Assembly: GCA_044892525.1 (NCBI GenBank) | Contig: CM097886.1 | Location: 174,208,312 to 174,272,311 of the forward strand | DNA from: Schmidtea polychroa | Lineage: Eukaryota | Direction: 5' to 3' | DNA length: 64,000 nt | Part shown: piece after piece, positions 52,301 through 63,200 of the stretch | How the letters are laid out: each line of letters starts with the position of its first letter | How positions within the stretch are numbered: the stretch's first letter is position 1 | Notes under the pieces: model-generated | What the model was told of the DNA's origin: nothing | Seen by the model: the letters and a program-made list of their open reading frames with translations, nothing else | Databases searched by the model: none | Translations under genes and position numbers: made by a program

Positions 52301-54765
52301 CAACCAAAGAAATAACCATAGACACGGATAAAAATATAATTATAAAAAATTGTAATATTAATTTATTAATTAAAAAGCGTCAATTGATGCTCTGTCAGTT
52401 TGTTGCAAAGAATTCCCAATGAATCTCACCATTAGGTGTTCTGACTTTATTTATGCCATCTCTCTACTAACCGCTCCCTTGCCAATAACTCACAAAATTC
52501 ACGCACATATGAGTGTTTACTGTTGACATAAATCCCGCGTTAATTGGTTAAGCCCAGTAAATTGAATTTGGTAAAATTGTGTTAAATTTTTTCATATAGT
52601 GACACTTGGTACTAATTAGTCTGAATCAAAAAAAGTAAGATTTTCACTAGCTGAAGTTGCTTAATGCCTTGAAAGATCACAAAACCCAATGGAAATGGCC
52701 TGGTGAAATTTCACAACTGACAAAGTCAATTCCTTTCCAGTATTGCTCAACATGAAAACCATGATATCTCCATAATAGAATATAGTATACGCGTGAAACT
52801 GAGAAAGTAATCTACAATTGAAGATTTCTCATCTAAAGAAAAACGAAACATGATAAGAAAGGCGCTCAATACAGATTCATCACAGAAACGATGATATCTT
52901 TCACAAATAACGCATAATAATGTGCAATTCTTTAATGCAAATAACATCTAATAAAATATGACCGATAACCACAAAAATAAACAAGATTCTAGAACTATAA
53001 ACATAAAATTCCTTGAATTAACCTTCCAAAGGTCGGCTCAAATTCCTTACACGGGGAATCACTTGGGATAAATATGTACTGCAATACTTTTTCACTGTGG
53101 TAGCTAATTTTTAAAAAATTTTAACGTACAAAAATAAAATATATTCAATGAAATACAAAACAAGTGTTTACAAAATGGACATTTCTTATATTCTTATATA
53201 TTGTAACACATTACTTATCACAAGTTTTACATATTATAATGCTAGCGAATGTTCTGTACATACAAATGCTGAACATTGATTACATATTTTTTGACATTTG
53301 CGATCTTGTCTTCGAGTACAAGTTGAACACCTACCACATGTACCAGGCGCTTGTGTAAATTTGTACCCCAAGCAGATTCTTTACAATAAATGTGAACAGG
53401 ATTCTCTTTTTTCTGATGAAATTGATGCAAAGTAATATTAAATGATCACACTTGAAATAACTAAAGGGTGAATGCGGTAGGTTCTATATTTAAAATAATA
53501 AGCTGGGGTACACAATAACCCCATTTGGTCTTAGGAAGGTTAACAAATTACATTCTGTTGTTTCGTAAAATATTTCGTATATATTTCGTAAAAGATTCTT
53601 ATCATTACCACGTTTATAAAGAGGTTTCTCGTTTACGGAAAGATTACAATAAAATAACTGTAACATCGACGAGCTCTTTATGAGAAAATTAGATTTGCCT
53701 TTGCAAATAAGCCAGCAAATATCAGAATTTAATCAGTTTATAAAGTGCTAATAATTTGATAAAACACGCAAATTGACATAAATTATGCACTTTTACACGG
53801 AGTTCATTCACTCGTTCACGCTTTATGATTTCTAAAAATAGCAATTTTCTGGACATTCTACATAAATATTAAATAATTTTACAATCATTGCTTTTCAATA
53901 AAGGAGTAATAAAGTACAATATCNNNNNNNNNNNNNNNNNNNNNNNNNNNNNNNNNNNNNNNNNNNNNNNNNNNNNNNNNNNNNNNNNNNNNNNNNNNNN
54001 NNNNNNNNNNNNNNNNNNNNNNNNNNNNNNNNNNNNNNNNNNNNNNNNNNNNNNNNNNNNNNNNNNNNNNNNNNNNNNNNNNNNNNNNNNNNNNNNNNNN
54101 NNNNNNNNNNNNNNNNNNNNNNNNNNNNNNNNNNNNNNNNNNNNNNNNNNNNNNNNNNNNNNNNNNNNNNNNNNNNNNNNNNNNNNNNNNNNNNNNNNNN
54201 NNNNNNNNNNNNNNNNNNNNNNNNNNNNNNNNNNNNNNNNNNNNNNNNNNNNNNNNNNNNNNNNNNNNNNNNNNNNNNNNNTCATTATTAATATTAATAT
54301 TATTATTAGTGAAGAAAGTGAGTAAACTTCAGTAAAAGTATTAAAAAATATCGATGAATTGAGAGGTAAGAATAAATAATAAAAATTTCCCATTCAATTG
54401 GCCAATGGTTGATAAATTACAATCAATTCAAACAAACAAATGAAAAGAAAAAGTAAAAATCAATAATGTCAACAAATGAATACCTGCCAAATTCTGTCTC
54501 CAACAAAGATGTTTCCATTTTTGTCAGCGATTCCATTGGGAATAATAAATGATACGAAAATTCCATCCTCATCTTCACCGCCTACAATATTGAAACCGAA
54601 TCCAACCGTTTCGTTCGATCTGCTGAGAACCACAATTCTAGGTGATCTACATTAGATGATCCATTAAATATTTATCAAACTCATTTTAATTTTGCAACAA
54701 AAATTATCATGTAATTGACTAACAAGTTAAATTGTTGTCATTCGTTTTTGTGAAACAGACAATTT

Positions 54766-54854
<89 letters not shown>

Positions 54855-57800
54855 GTTTAAAAGTGATATTTTGTTTAAAAGTATAAACTTAACTAGCACT
54901 GCCTATTGTATTTGAGAAGCCTTTACAATGGGAAAAATAATGTGTAACCCAGGACATTTCAGAAGATATAATAACAGATGTATTGAATTGGATTGGTTGT
55001 TTACCTTATTTATTTTGTTTTAAACTCTTTTTCTAGTCTGTTTCCATGTGAAGTCAAATCTGCTGCTAGAAATTGATGATGTGTAACAATCTGCTCTGAC
55101 GACAATCCAGGAAATAGTTGTACATCTAATTAATTAATCTAATTTTTTTGTTAATTAGTATCTAGGTATCCGCAACATGCTAGATAGAAATGAGAGTGAT
55201 ATTTATCCCATTCACAATAAGTTATCTTCTTAAGGTATTATGTACCGGATATTAGAGGATAATTATAAAAAAATTAAAGTCGAATCTTTTATAAAAAAAT
55301 CCTTCCTAGATTAAATTTCAAAAGATCAAGTTCCTTAAAAGATATTCTGATTAATTCTACGCGTGAAAGAAATTCGTTTGCAATTAATATAAAATTTATT
55401 TACATTTATCTTGAGCATTTCTGTTGAGAATCTTGATGATAAACATTAGGTTTCTCCATAAGTTTCATAGCAAAATTTATATATAAAATTTAAAATATCT
55501 TCAAAATAATCATTGTCTAAAAACAAGATTGACGTTAAAATTGACGATTAAGAAATTTTTATCTATTTCTCAGTTATTGGCACGCTGTAGCACCCTATCA
55601 ATAAATGCACATCGAAATTTACCAAAATACAATAATGATACTAGATAAAGAAAAAAGACAAAATGAAGTTCCTCAACGTTCTTCAATTGATACGTCTTTC
55701 TTTAAAAGAAATAAAGATTCAATCGGAAAAATCAAGAAAATTATATATTTGAAGTTGAAGATTTTCATATACTAAAAATTACAGAAATGCCTTTTCAAGT
55801 GAATTCACTTGAAAATGGCAGTGCCGAAAATTCGTGAATATCAAAAACATCGATATATTTACTGATTCATAGTCAAGCTTTTTTAATAAATACACTGAAA
55901 AGAAATCAGTGGTGAAATTTGAAANNNNNNNNNNNNNNNNNNNNNNNNNNNNNNNNNNNNNNNNNNNNNNNNNNNNNNNNNNNNNNNNNNNNNNNNNNNN
56001 NNNNNNNNNNNNNNNNNNNNNNNNNNNNNNNNNNNNNNNNNNNNNNNNNNNNNNNNNNTTTTTTACAATTTTTTGTAATTCGTGATTTTCTTTTTCAATC
56101 ACGAGAAAATTGAAATCTTATTTTCTTAGAATGTGCGGGAAACTCAATAAATAACTAACAATTATTTTATGATGTTTCAAATTTCCGTTTTAAGAAATCT
56201 TCTTGTTTTAAAACAATTAATATGAGATTATTTAAAAATCACAATAGTATTGAATTGATTTCACTGAAATTTATTGAAAATGACTGAAACATTAATAATA
56301 ATAAAGTAGGTAGTTAGCAGGCCTCTGGAGTAGACCATCCGGTGAACCCCCACCTAGAAAATATATCTTTAATACCCCAGAACGCTACACTATTTTAACC
56401 TAAGTAAATTAGGGCAATTTAATATTTAGATACTGAGACATTGAGGTAATAATTTCAAATTAAGGCAATTTTTTAAAATAAGTAATATTTTTTAAATAAG
56501 TCAAGTAATATTTTTANNNNNNNNNNNNNNNNNNNNNNNNNNNNNNNNNNNNNNNNNNNNNNNNNNNNNNNNNNNNNNNNNNNNNNNNNNNNNNNNNNNN
56601 NNNNNNNNNNNNNNNNNNNNNNNNNNNNNNNNNNNNNNNNNNNNNNNNACTTACAACTAGGTACTAACAACCACATAAAAATAATAACAATTAAAGATAC
56701 AAAGTTTCTTCAATTAATGTCTTCATCATCATCTGATAGCAAGACATTGTCTATAAGATCGATCGTTTTTCATCTAATAAATGTTTTTCAATTTCTCCAT
56801 AAATTTCTGCATTAATTTCTCTATTATCATTTTCCTTGTTTTCATTAACCTTATATTTAAATTTTGTGTAAAAACTTATGGAGATTTCAACTTTTGTGAG
56901 CTTAAAAGTTTTAAAAATTTTAAAACTTTTATAATTTTTAAAGTTTGAATATAAAAAACAGAATTTTGTAAAATTTTTAGCGAAATTAATTTTGAAAAAT
57001 TAATGAATTAGTTTGTTTAATTTCAATTGTTTGATTTCAATTCTACCCGAAGATGACAGTGATTCTGTCGAAATATATTGTAGTAAAATATATATTTTTA
57101 AATATATATTTTCGTTAGATTTAAATCGATGCCGTTNNNNNNNNNNNNNNNNNNNNNNNNNNNNNNNNNNNNNNNNNNNNNNNNNNNNNNNNNNNNNNNN
57201 NNNNNNNNNNNNNNNNNNNNNNNNNNNNNNNNNNNNNNNNNNNNNNNNNNNNNNNNNNNNNNNNNNNNNNNNNNNNNNNNNNNNNNNNNNNNNNNNNNNN
57301 NNNNNNNNNNNNNNNNNNNNNNNNNNNNNNNNNNNNNNNNNNNNNNNNNNNNNNNNNNNNNNNNNNNNNNNNNNNNNNNNNNNNNNNNNNNNNNNNNNNN
57401 NNNNNNNNNNNNNNNNNNNNNNNNNNNNNNNNNNNNNNNNNNNNNGATATAGTAAATCGAAAATAAATAAAAACAAAAACAAATTAAACGTACTTATTTA
57501 TGAAATTGCTATCAACTTCATCGAAGAATATATCATGATTGTTGTCTAAATAAATATTTATCAGGTTAATTAGTTAATTTCATATAAAAAGTAAGAAGAG
57601 TTGTGAAAGTTTTACTTATCCATTACAGATGAAAAAATAAATTAAATTAAATGCATTTAAGGAAAATTGAGAAAATAATAAAATGAGATGATTTTTTGTC
57701 GCAAAAAATTGCAAAATTTATTATATGATGGAAAAAATAATAAATAAACATAAATTTTGATGACCAATAGTTTACCTGAGCCGTTTAGCCTAACTGGACT

Positions 57801-59474
57801 GTCATTGTTAGATAATGACTCTGATAAATCTTTACTGCTTTGACAATTACTGAATGGCTCTTCAAATTGTTCTGTGACATTATTTGAAATTCCAGAATTC
57901 GGTTTGAGAATTTTCAAGTCGACCTTGGAACCAACATTACACAATATTTTTACAGCTTCCTCATGTGTCACGTCGGTTAATAAATAATCATTAACTTGCA
58001 CCAACTTGTCTCCTTCGGAAATTAGTCCGCATGTAGCTGCTGCTCCTTTATCCATGACCTTCAATGATGAATTGGATGAAAATTTATTTTGGTTAGAAAT
58101 TATTAATTTATAGAGCTCTCTTTTTCATTAAATTAAAGTATGTAGGATAAATGCAGTGATGCATCAATGAATGCTATTAATCATTAAAACTTTGAGATTA
58201 TTCCTCTTTCTAAACCACTTCTAATAATTTGATACAAAAGAATCCCCAAAATATTCAAGTTACGTTATCGTTATAATGTCAGATTCAAGTTCCACTTATG
58301 TCTTGCTTTTCTAGATTTTTAAAATATTCAAGGGACTTTTTACAGGGTTTAAATCAAAAAACCAAACGCAAGCCAATTTAATAAATTCATGATGGACTCG
58401 AAGAAATTTGAAGCTATAATGTAATTTTCAATCATGTTCAATTTATTAAAATTAATAATTCAAAATCTTTTTAAAAGAAACGTTTTATTGAATACTCAAA
58501 TCATTAACAAAAAGAAATTACAATAATAAAAAAAACTATAAAATATATAGCCTTTTTTTCATAAGTTGTGCACTATATTAAATATATTAAAGAACCGATA
58601 TTCGTACATCTTTTTTCACTGTATATTTCAATAGCATCACTATCATCGTCAGGTTACCATTGATTTTAAAGATTAGTAATTTATCACTATTTCTTCCGGA
58701 GTGGTTCAGAGTCAAAAAGTCAAAACCTTACGGAACATTGGAATTGGTGTCAGGTAGAGGAGACAAAATTGTTATCAAAAACAACTGGAAACGAGCAACT
58801 TTTTATTACTTAAAATTTTATATATGAATGAAGATCAACGGATCACAACAGAAAGAGTTTATCCAAAAAACTAAATATGAACAATTATAACTTCAGCTAC
58901 AACTCAATTGAGTATGACAAGGGCTATGCAATACCCGAAAATTTTCTATAATTAAAAATCGCAGCAAATGTTTATAATTTAATTTCACATTATTTAAAAG
59001 TTCAATTAAAAAGACAAAAATAAATAAATTCAAAACTATTATTTTTTTAAAAATCTTGGAATTTTACTAGAAAAAGTCATTTCAATAAATGCCAACCTTT
59101 GTAATATATATTCCACAATCACCGACATAGTGTTCATTTCCTCGACCCCCTCCAATACTGAATCCTAAACCACGTTCGCCTTTGACAAGAGAAATAGTCA
59201 CAATTCTTGATTTAAGAGACACAAATGATGAATTTGACGATTTTATACCCTGACTGAGATTTGAAGGAACGGAAGAATCCTTGGAGGAAGTCACCCAAAC
59301 CGAACTGTGGGAATTGGTTTTAATATATTCAGGAGATACTTGAGAACTTGATTTCTCAGCCTGCGAATCTTGCCGACTGTCTGATATGGTTGAAGCGGTT
59401 AAAGATGCATTTTTACGTCTCATATAACCCAATCCTGACATTCGATGCTTAAGTGTCGGATCTCGCTGAATTAC
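29103..59474 (-). CDS. dlg1: Discs large (Dlg1-type MAGUK: PDZ2-PDZ3-SH3-HOOK-GUK), 10 exons seen, 5' end not in recognisable sequence
   Basis: Exons 59474-59097, 58058-57776, 55125-55026, 54646-54484, 48958-48856, 42666-42047, 34633-34375, 34330-34172, 32743-32372, 29218-29103; all GT-AG and phase-compatible; motifs [64 protein letters not shown]. Confidence 0.92.
29720..29935. mobile_element. piggyBac-like terminal fragment
   Basis: Two direct copies of GGGTCA(AA/TT)TGACCCG...TGGTA, ending CTAGTG followed by TTAA (29936-39). Confidence 0.6.
31056..31097 (-). ncRNA. Minimal type-I hammerhead ribozyme (Penelope/retrozyme type)
   Basis: Minus strand ATAGTA-CTGATGA-AAGCCAAAAACTC-GAAA-CTAG-TC-TACTAT: 6-bp stem I, intact core, weak stem II, palindromic minimal stem III. 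Confidence 0.75.
32372..32743 (-). CDS. dlg1: dlg GUK exon
   Basis: [38 protein letters not shown]. Confidence 0.92.
32793..32999. mobile_element. pogo/Tigger-like MITE (207 bp)
   Basis: TIR CACTCATACCTCGCT.TACGGC, TA on both sides. Confidence 0.9.
34172..34633 (-). CDS. dlg1: dlg SH3-end/HOOK exon (34633-34375) and GUK-start exon (34330-34172)
   Basis: [35 protein letters not shown]; [35 protein letters not shown]; 44-nt intron. Confidence 0.9.
37322..37767. mobile_element. hAT-type MITE (446 bp)
   Basis: TIR CATGGGCGT(T/A)CGCA; decayed 8-bp TSD ATGGCATC / ACGTCATC. Confidence 0.8.
38557..39330 (-). mobile_element. Degenerate hAT remnant (C-terminal dimerisation region)
   Basis: [31 protein letters not shown]; hAT-like terminus near 38557 (cagggaccggccc). 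Confidence 0.6.
41241..41410. repeat. 24-bp minisatellite, about 7 copies
   Basis: Unit approximately aaatgtgcaacatgaatgatcgga(a/t)c; a further copy near 41150. Confidence 0.9.
41530..41778. mobile_element. hAT Charlie/SPIN-type MITE (249 bp)
   Basis: Imperfect TIR CAGTGGTGGCCAACC / GGTTAGCCATGGCTG, perfect TSD GGCTAAAT. Confidence 0.88.
42047..42666 (-). CDS. dlg1: dlg exon: PDZ3 tail, long low-complexity linker, SH3 start
   Basis: EYVAFESKF...[26 protein letters not shown], donor gtacgt. Confidence 0.9.
42968..46196 (-). mobile_element. Full-length, apparently intact hAT transposon (3229 bp)
   Basis: TIR CAG(C/G)CCCGTACC, perfect 8-bp TSD CCTCTGCG (42960-67, 46197-204), uninterrupted transposase. 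Confidence 0.95.
43374..45713 (-). CDS. hAT transposase, ZMYM1-like (TTF zinc finger, DUF4371/RNase H fold, C-terminal dimerisation domain), 779 aa
   Basis: [71 protein letters not shown]. Confidence 0.93.
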   Translation of the reverse strand: MSTQKSIMNFFQVIPKNSVTSVTSSSDSISATMSSTCASPSSVPAISCIRDSAVMSSSSCAPAKTLSSTKCDLGEEMPRQPTDVNFPKTSFGSRERSFLSVWYNGRPYLEYSIEKDAVFCFCCRKFSLPGSAGESAFRTGGFRNWKSALEKGKGFQKHEFSAGHIHAMERWKEKQLRCEKGEEVCTLINETQLKNNRYYVNEIVDVVKFLVTNELAFRGDSFSRDDIDEDDKLPCGLFLRLFEYTVKKNPELARIIKTIPKIATYTSPRIQNEIIALMASIVQESIVKKCKSADVEYFTLKVDGTKDRTGTENVSIAIRFVSAGQPQEHLICISRTIALNAETFTDVILTTLKEPQLDPKNIISQCYDGAAVMSGQHGGVQALLQERLQKEIPYVHCFNHKLHLVVVCAVSECQKLRDFFDICRNLYTFLSYPKVAAIYQGDKLTRLMEHRWTGHLQTTQAITTNYDTIVNLLEMCSSRHSHFSIDIQLEATGLLHRVNEVEFQFIAHMVLSLLTILETANNSLQGQAMDLSSACDVMDAVIERIRSLRNEEEFQVLFGKFEGQMDMEQTPKRRRTQMNSKLDNFIVFGSVGQPEHQALPIRCAYRQMYYEVVDRTLQELTKRFGVTNRSLYKSLACLKTDHANFLNIDDLKTLATLCGVDLSETQHEFETAKVFLLKRASTVTNVHQLVQELYSYRDAFPSVYRLAASALTIGASTATCEATFSTLSRVLTPFRTSMSHSRKANLVLLSFESDISNNIKSDEFLRLFHEMKNRRLQLF
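46318..46383. repeat. (TTA)n microsatellite
   Basis: Pure TTA run. Confidence 0.95.
46570..47870. mobile_element. Scrambled hAT (ZMYM1-like) remnants on both strands
   Basis: Plus strand: [17 protein letters not shown]. Minus strand: [42 protein letters not shown], split by the 47247 MITE. Confidence 0.75.
47247..47749. mobile_element. hAT-type MITE (503 bp)
   Basis: TIR CAGGG(A/G)CGGCTC, perfect TSD TGAGAAGT. Confidence 0.92.
48856..48958 (-). CDS. dlg1: dlg exon, second half of PDZ3
   Basis: [29 protein letters not shown]. Confidence 0.9.
50145..51055 (+). mobile_element. Internally deleted hAT element
   Basis: C-terminal [47 protein letters not shown]; GC-rich subterminal gggccc motifs at both ends; boundaries approximate. 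Confidence 0.75.
53022..53539 (-). mobile_element. Non-autonomous piggyBac (518 bp) retaining the C-terminal Cys-rich domain
   Basis: TTAA on both sides, TIR CCTTCC(A/T)AAG; minus frame [29 protein letters not shown]. Confidence 0.85.
54484..55125 (-). CDS. dlg1: dlg linker exon (55125-55026) and first-half PDZ3 exon (54646-54484)
   Basis: [13 protein letters not shown](E)[41 protein letters not shown]; phases 1-2-0 fit. Confidence 0.85.
54767..54853. repeat. (TAA)n microsatellite
   Basis: Pure TAA run. Confidence 0.95.
57776..59474 (-). CDS. dlg1: dlg PDZ2 exons (59474-59097 and 58058-57776)
   Basis: [25 protein letters not shown] / [25 protein letters not shown]. Confidence 0.9.
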
Positions 59475-61231
59475 CTGATCAAAAATAAGGATAAAACTAA
59501 GATTATTTATTTTTAAAAACGAAAAAATCATTTTATGGTTTACGTAAACTTGAAATAGACTTAAAGATTATCAAATGGTGGATAATTCGAAATTTTTAAG
59601 TAAATAAATAAAGAAAAAAAACAAAGTAATTAATAAAAATGTAATGAAATCTTGATACATTTAGTTCAAATATAATTAATTTGATTGATAACACAATGAA
59701 AGGAGTATAATTATATAGAACTATGAAGAAACCATAAAAATGAGCCGATTCTCCTAAATTGTTCTGACAAGTACATTGAGCCTTACAGATATATTAAATA
59801 GATTTCATTTTATTCATAGAATTTCAATTTAATTTATATTTAATTAACAGTTATATTATACATTATACTCCTTTTTTATCTGTTTCTTTATATTCATTTA
59901 TTATTTTTAAATGCTCAAAAACAGCTTTACCGATAAGCCGCCTTAAATAAATAAAAACATTGATATATAGTCTGAAAATAAGGTAAAGTAAATTGATACG
60001 TAAATATTTCAATATTTTGCATTATTGCTTTTTTTGACATGCTTATTCAAAAAGCAGTAAAAATTAACAATAAAATATCATTCTTCTTGTCATTTACTAT
60101 AGTAAATCTTAAAAGAATCTTATTAATTTAATATATACCTTTATTTCGATANNNNNNNNNNNNNNNNNNNNNNNNNNNNNNNNNNNNNNNNNNNNNNNNN
60201 NNNNNNNNNNNNNNNNNNNNNNNNNNNNNNNNNNNNNNNNNNNNNNNNNNNNNNNNNNNNNNNNNNNNNNNNNNNNNNNNNNNNNNNNNNTCATCAACTA
60301 GAGCTACTGGAGTTTATAAACAATTTCGAATAAAATACGAATACAAAAAGAGAACCCATAATAATAATAATTATTATAATAATAAATCAACTAAGTACGG
60401 AAATGTTTTACAAAAAGTGGGTATTCAAAAATGATGGTATTCCTACTACAAATATATTTAATCAAAAAATATTTGGATTTATATTCAATTTCATTTTCGT
60501 TATTTAGTAATTACTAAAAATTAACTTAAAACAATTTTGTATTATTGTTGTTTTAATAAATAACTTATTAAACAAACAAACAAACAATATCGGCTCTATT
60601 CCGATAAATACATAGAATATTGGCAGACAAATAGTACCATTTCAATTTCAATGGAAGTTGGCTTCAAGGTTTTCACGGAAACATGGAAATCATTTCCGAC
60701 AATTGTTAAAGATAATAAATTCCTTTGTAATGGAATGATTATTTACACCGATCGTCCTAAATGTATGGTTCAGGTGGCCTTTATTTTGGGTCGCAACCGA
60801 TATTGAAATTAATAATTTTTTAATTTTGTGGGGAAAATTTTCTCAAATTTTTATAGGATATCAAGTTGACATTATTTTGATAAGGAACAATTCAGGACTT
60901 CTTTTATAATGAATTTGAAAGTTTCTAAGAAAATGTTTTTTTTTCAAACAAAAGCGCAGGAGTGCAGAGCCATACAATGATATATAACTGCTTGTTGTAT
61001 TGTATACCAAGTTGTATTCCGTATTTCTATTAATGAACGTAATGACTGTCTGGAGAATATTTCTAGGAATATTTCAACTTCAAAATCTTTCTAAAAGCCC
61101 GGGTACATTTTTATGATTAAAACAAAATATAATGTTGACTGACTACTGAAATGATTTAATATATAGAAAGCAACTGTGTTAGTTCTACAATTTCCAAAGG
61201 AACCTGTAACAATGACGACGACAAAATCAAA

Positions 61232-61445
61232 AATTTTCAGCATATAACCCACGGATTATACCTAATTTTACATACACCATAGGGGGGGTGCGGGGTTATA
61301 CTGGCGCGGGTTATATCAAACCTTTTATACACGTATTGGTTAATTTATTATATTGGTTAATTTTTACACAAAACTTAAAAACCCGCGGGGTATATGATGG
61401 CGCGGGTTATCTGCTTATGCGGGCTATATACGGGAAAATACGGTA
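61232..61445. mobile_element. Tc1/pogo-type MITE, left end decayed
   Basis: Right end gggaaaatacgg+ta; repeated gcgggttata motifs. Confidence 0.6.
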
Positions 61446-62249
61446 ATATGCTTGAACTTTATTATTTATTATTTATATTAATAATTATTTATTGTAGTTT
61501 TGTCGAAATTCATTTCAAATTTAATTTAATTGAAATTAATTTTCTCGTAGCACTGCAGTCTGAAAATATATGGATTGGTGTCCTAGACGAAGAAATATGA
61601 AATCAACCAATCTTTAATCTGTAATTTAATATTGCTTCATTAACATGGATTTCTACTGTCCCAGAAACAAAAGCAGCATTCCCAGACAACAGGTCACAAT
61701 TTAATATTAGAGATTATTTGGAATAAAAAGAAAAACCAATTTGTCTACAAAATTAAATTAAAAAAGGGATATTATTGTACTTATATATATTATACTTATA
61801 AAGAATTTTTTTTCTTCCAATTTCACCTCTGATTATTTTATTCGATTGAATTTATTAAAAAGAGAGCTTGAAGACTATAACTCAGTAATGTATCCATGTT
61901 TGTTGATACTCACGAATTTTCGACACTGACTTTGAATTTGATCATTATTACATTTAATAATTGTTGGTGAAAAATAAATTTATTTCGTATTTTATAATAA
62001 ATTTATTGGTTTAATTATATTTTATTCATATTTTATTTTAATTTTAATTACCCAAATAATATTTCGTATTTTTTAAATTTCATAATTTAATTTAATTTTT
62101 AAATTTTTAATATTTTATTTTATAAAAAGTTTTTTATTTTTATATATATTTTTAATTTTAAATTTTAAATCTAAATCTAATTCAAACCTGAATTCAAATT
62201 TAAATTCAAACTTAAATTCAAAAAAGTGTCTCAGGGATTTTTTTTTATA

Positions 62250-63200
62250 AATTAATTTAGTTGAATGTTGATGGACGGTTTAAGTCTCAGCGGCTAATCT
62301 TTGCAATGAATTTTTGAACGCATCTGTAACATTTTGCAATTTGTTTCGTATAAGAGTGGTGCTGATTTGTGCACTTTTTTCCAGTGTTCGTGATAATTGC
62401 TCGTTTTGCTCTTGACGTGTTCGTTGAGTCTTGTTTGGGACGTTCTATGTGTTTCGCCTATGTACGATGCGTCACATCTTGTGCAAGGAATTTGGTAAAC
62501 AATGTTCTTTGAGAAGCAGAAAAATTTTGTGGAGGATTGGCATATACAATCTCAATGAAATAGGTTTGATGTTAGAGATTTTTGAGACTTACGAAGCTGT
62601 GATTTCAAAGGTGCAGCAGTTATAAAAATTGGGCGAATATAAACTGGCAACTCCATATTGCGAATGTAAACTCTGATTGTATTACATGTCCTATTTTTTA
62701 AAAAAGGGAAGCGTGGGTATATTACTGGCTCATTGACATGTTCCTTTTGTGTATTATGCCTATTATAGTTATATTCACTCAAGAAGTAATTTTTCTACGA
62801 ACTCCTTTGGGTCTCCATTTTGTAAAAACCGTGTTTTAAAGTTTTCCAGGGTTTCTTGTTTTTTCGTTTTGTTCGAACAGTTCCGTATTGCTCTTTTACT
62901 CTCTCCTACTAATAGAGAGATCTTTCGTTGGAGTGGAACGTGACTTTCCCAAGGAAGAATGTGTCCACTGTGTAGACTTTTAGTGATTAAATCTTTCTTG
63001 AATGTGAGTGTGTTTGGACCTTCAGGGCCTTCTGGGTCAGGTAGTGAATTGTATATCAGTGTCAGTGAAGTTTGTATGTGCCAAGATTATATTGAGAGGT
63101 ACCGTGGAGACTATGAAAATGTCATCAATTGTGAAAAATGTAATCTACCATTTATAATTAATATTTCAATTGTCGAAATAGCTTTAAGATAAGGTATTTT
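62250..63200 (-). mobile_element. Degenerate Penelope-like element (RT thumb plus GIY-YIG endonuclease)
   Basis: HILPWESHVPLQRKISLL..FLQNGDPKEFV; NIVYQIPCTRCDASYIGETHRTSQTRLNEH. Confidence 0.88.

Larger units (their letters stand above)
21649..60290. other. Span containing eight assembly gaps (about 21649-21836, 31291-31479, 48968-49559, 53924-54281, 55925-56058, 56518-56648, 57137-57445, 60152-60290)
   Basis: N runs; ORFs crossing them in the supplied track are artefacts. Confidence 0.98.

Noticed and set aside
55090-55125. CTGACGA...GAAA hammerhead-like string (also 39660-39700)
   Set aside because: No complementary stem I or valid cleavage triplet; the first is antisense to a dlg exon.
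21623-60297. Long X-filled ORFs in the supplied track
   Set aside because: They cross N gaps and are artefacts.
62042-62056. tttaattacccaa match to the nematode SL1 leader
   Set aside because: Short match in very AT-rich DNA, lacking the rest of the leader, splice donor and Sm site.
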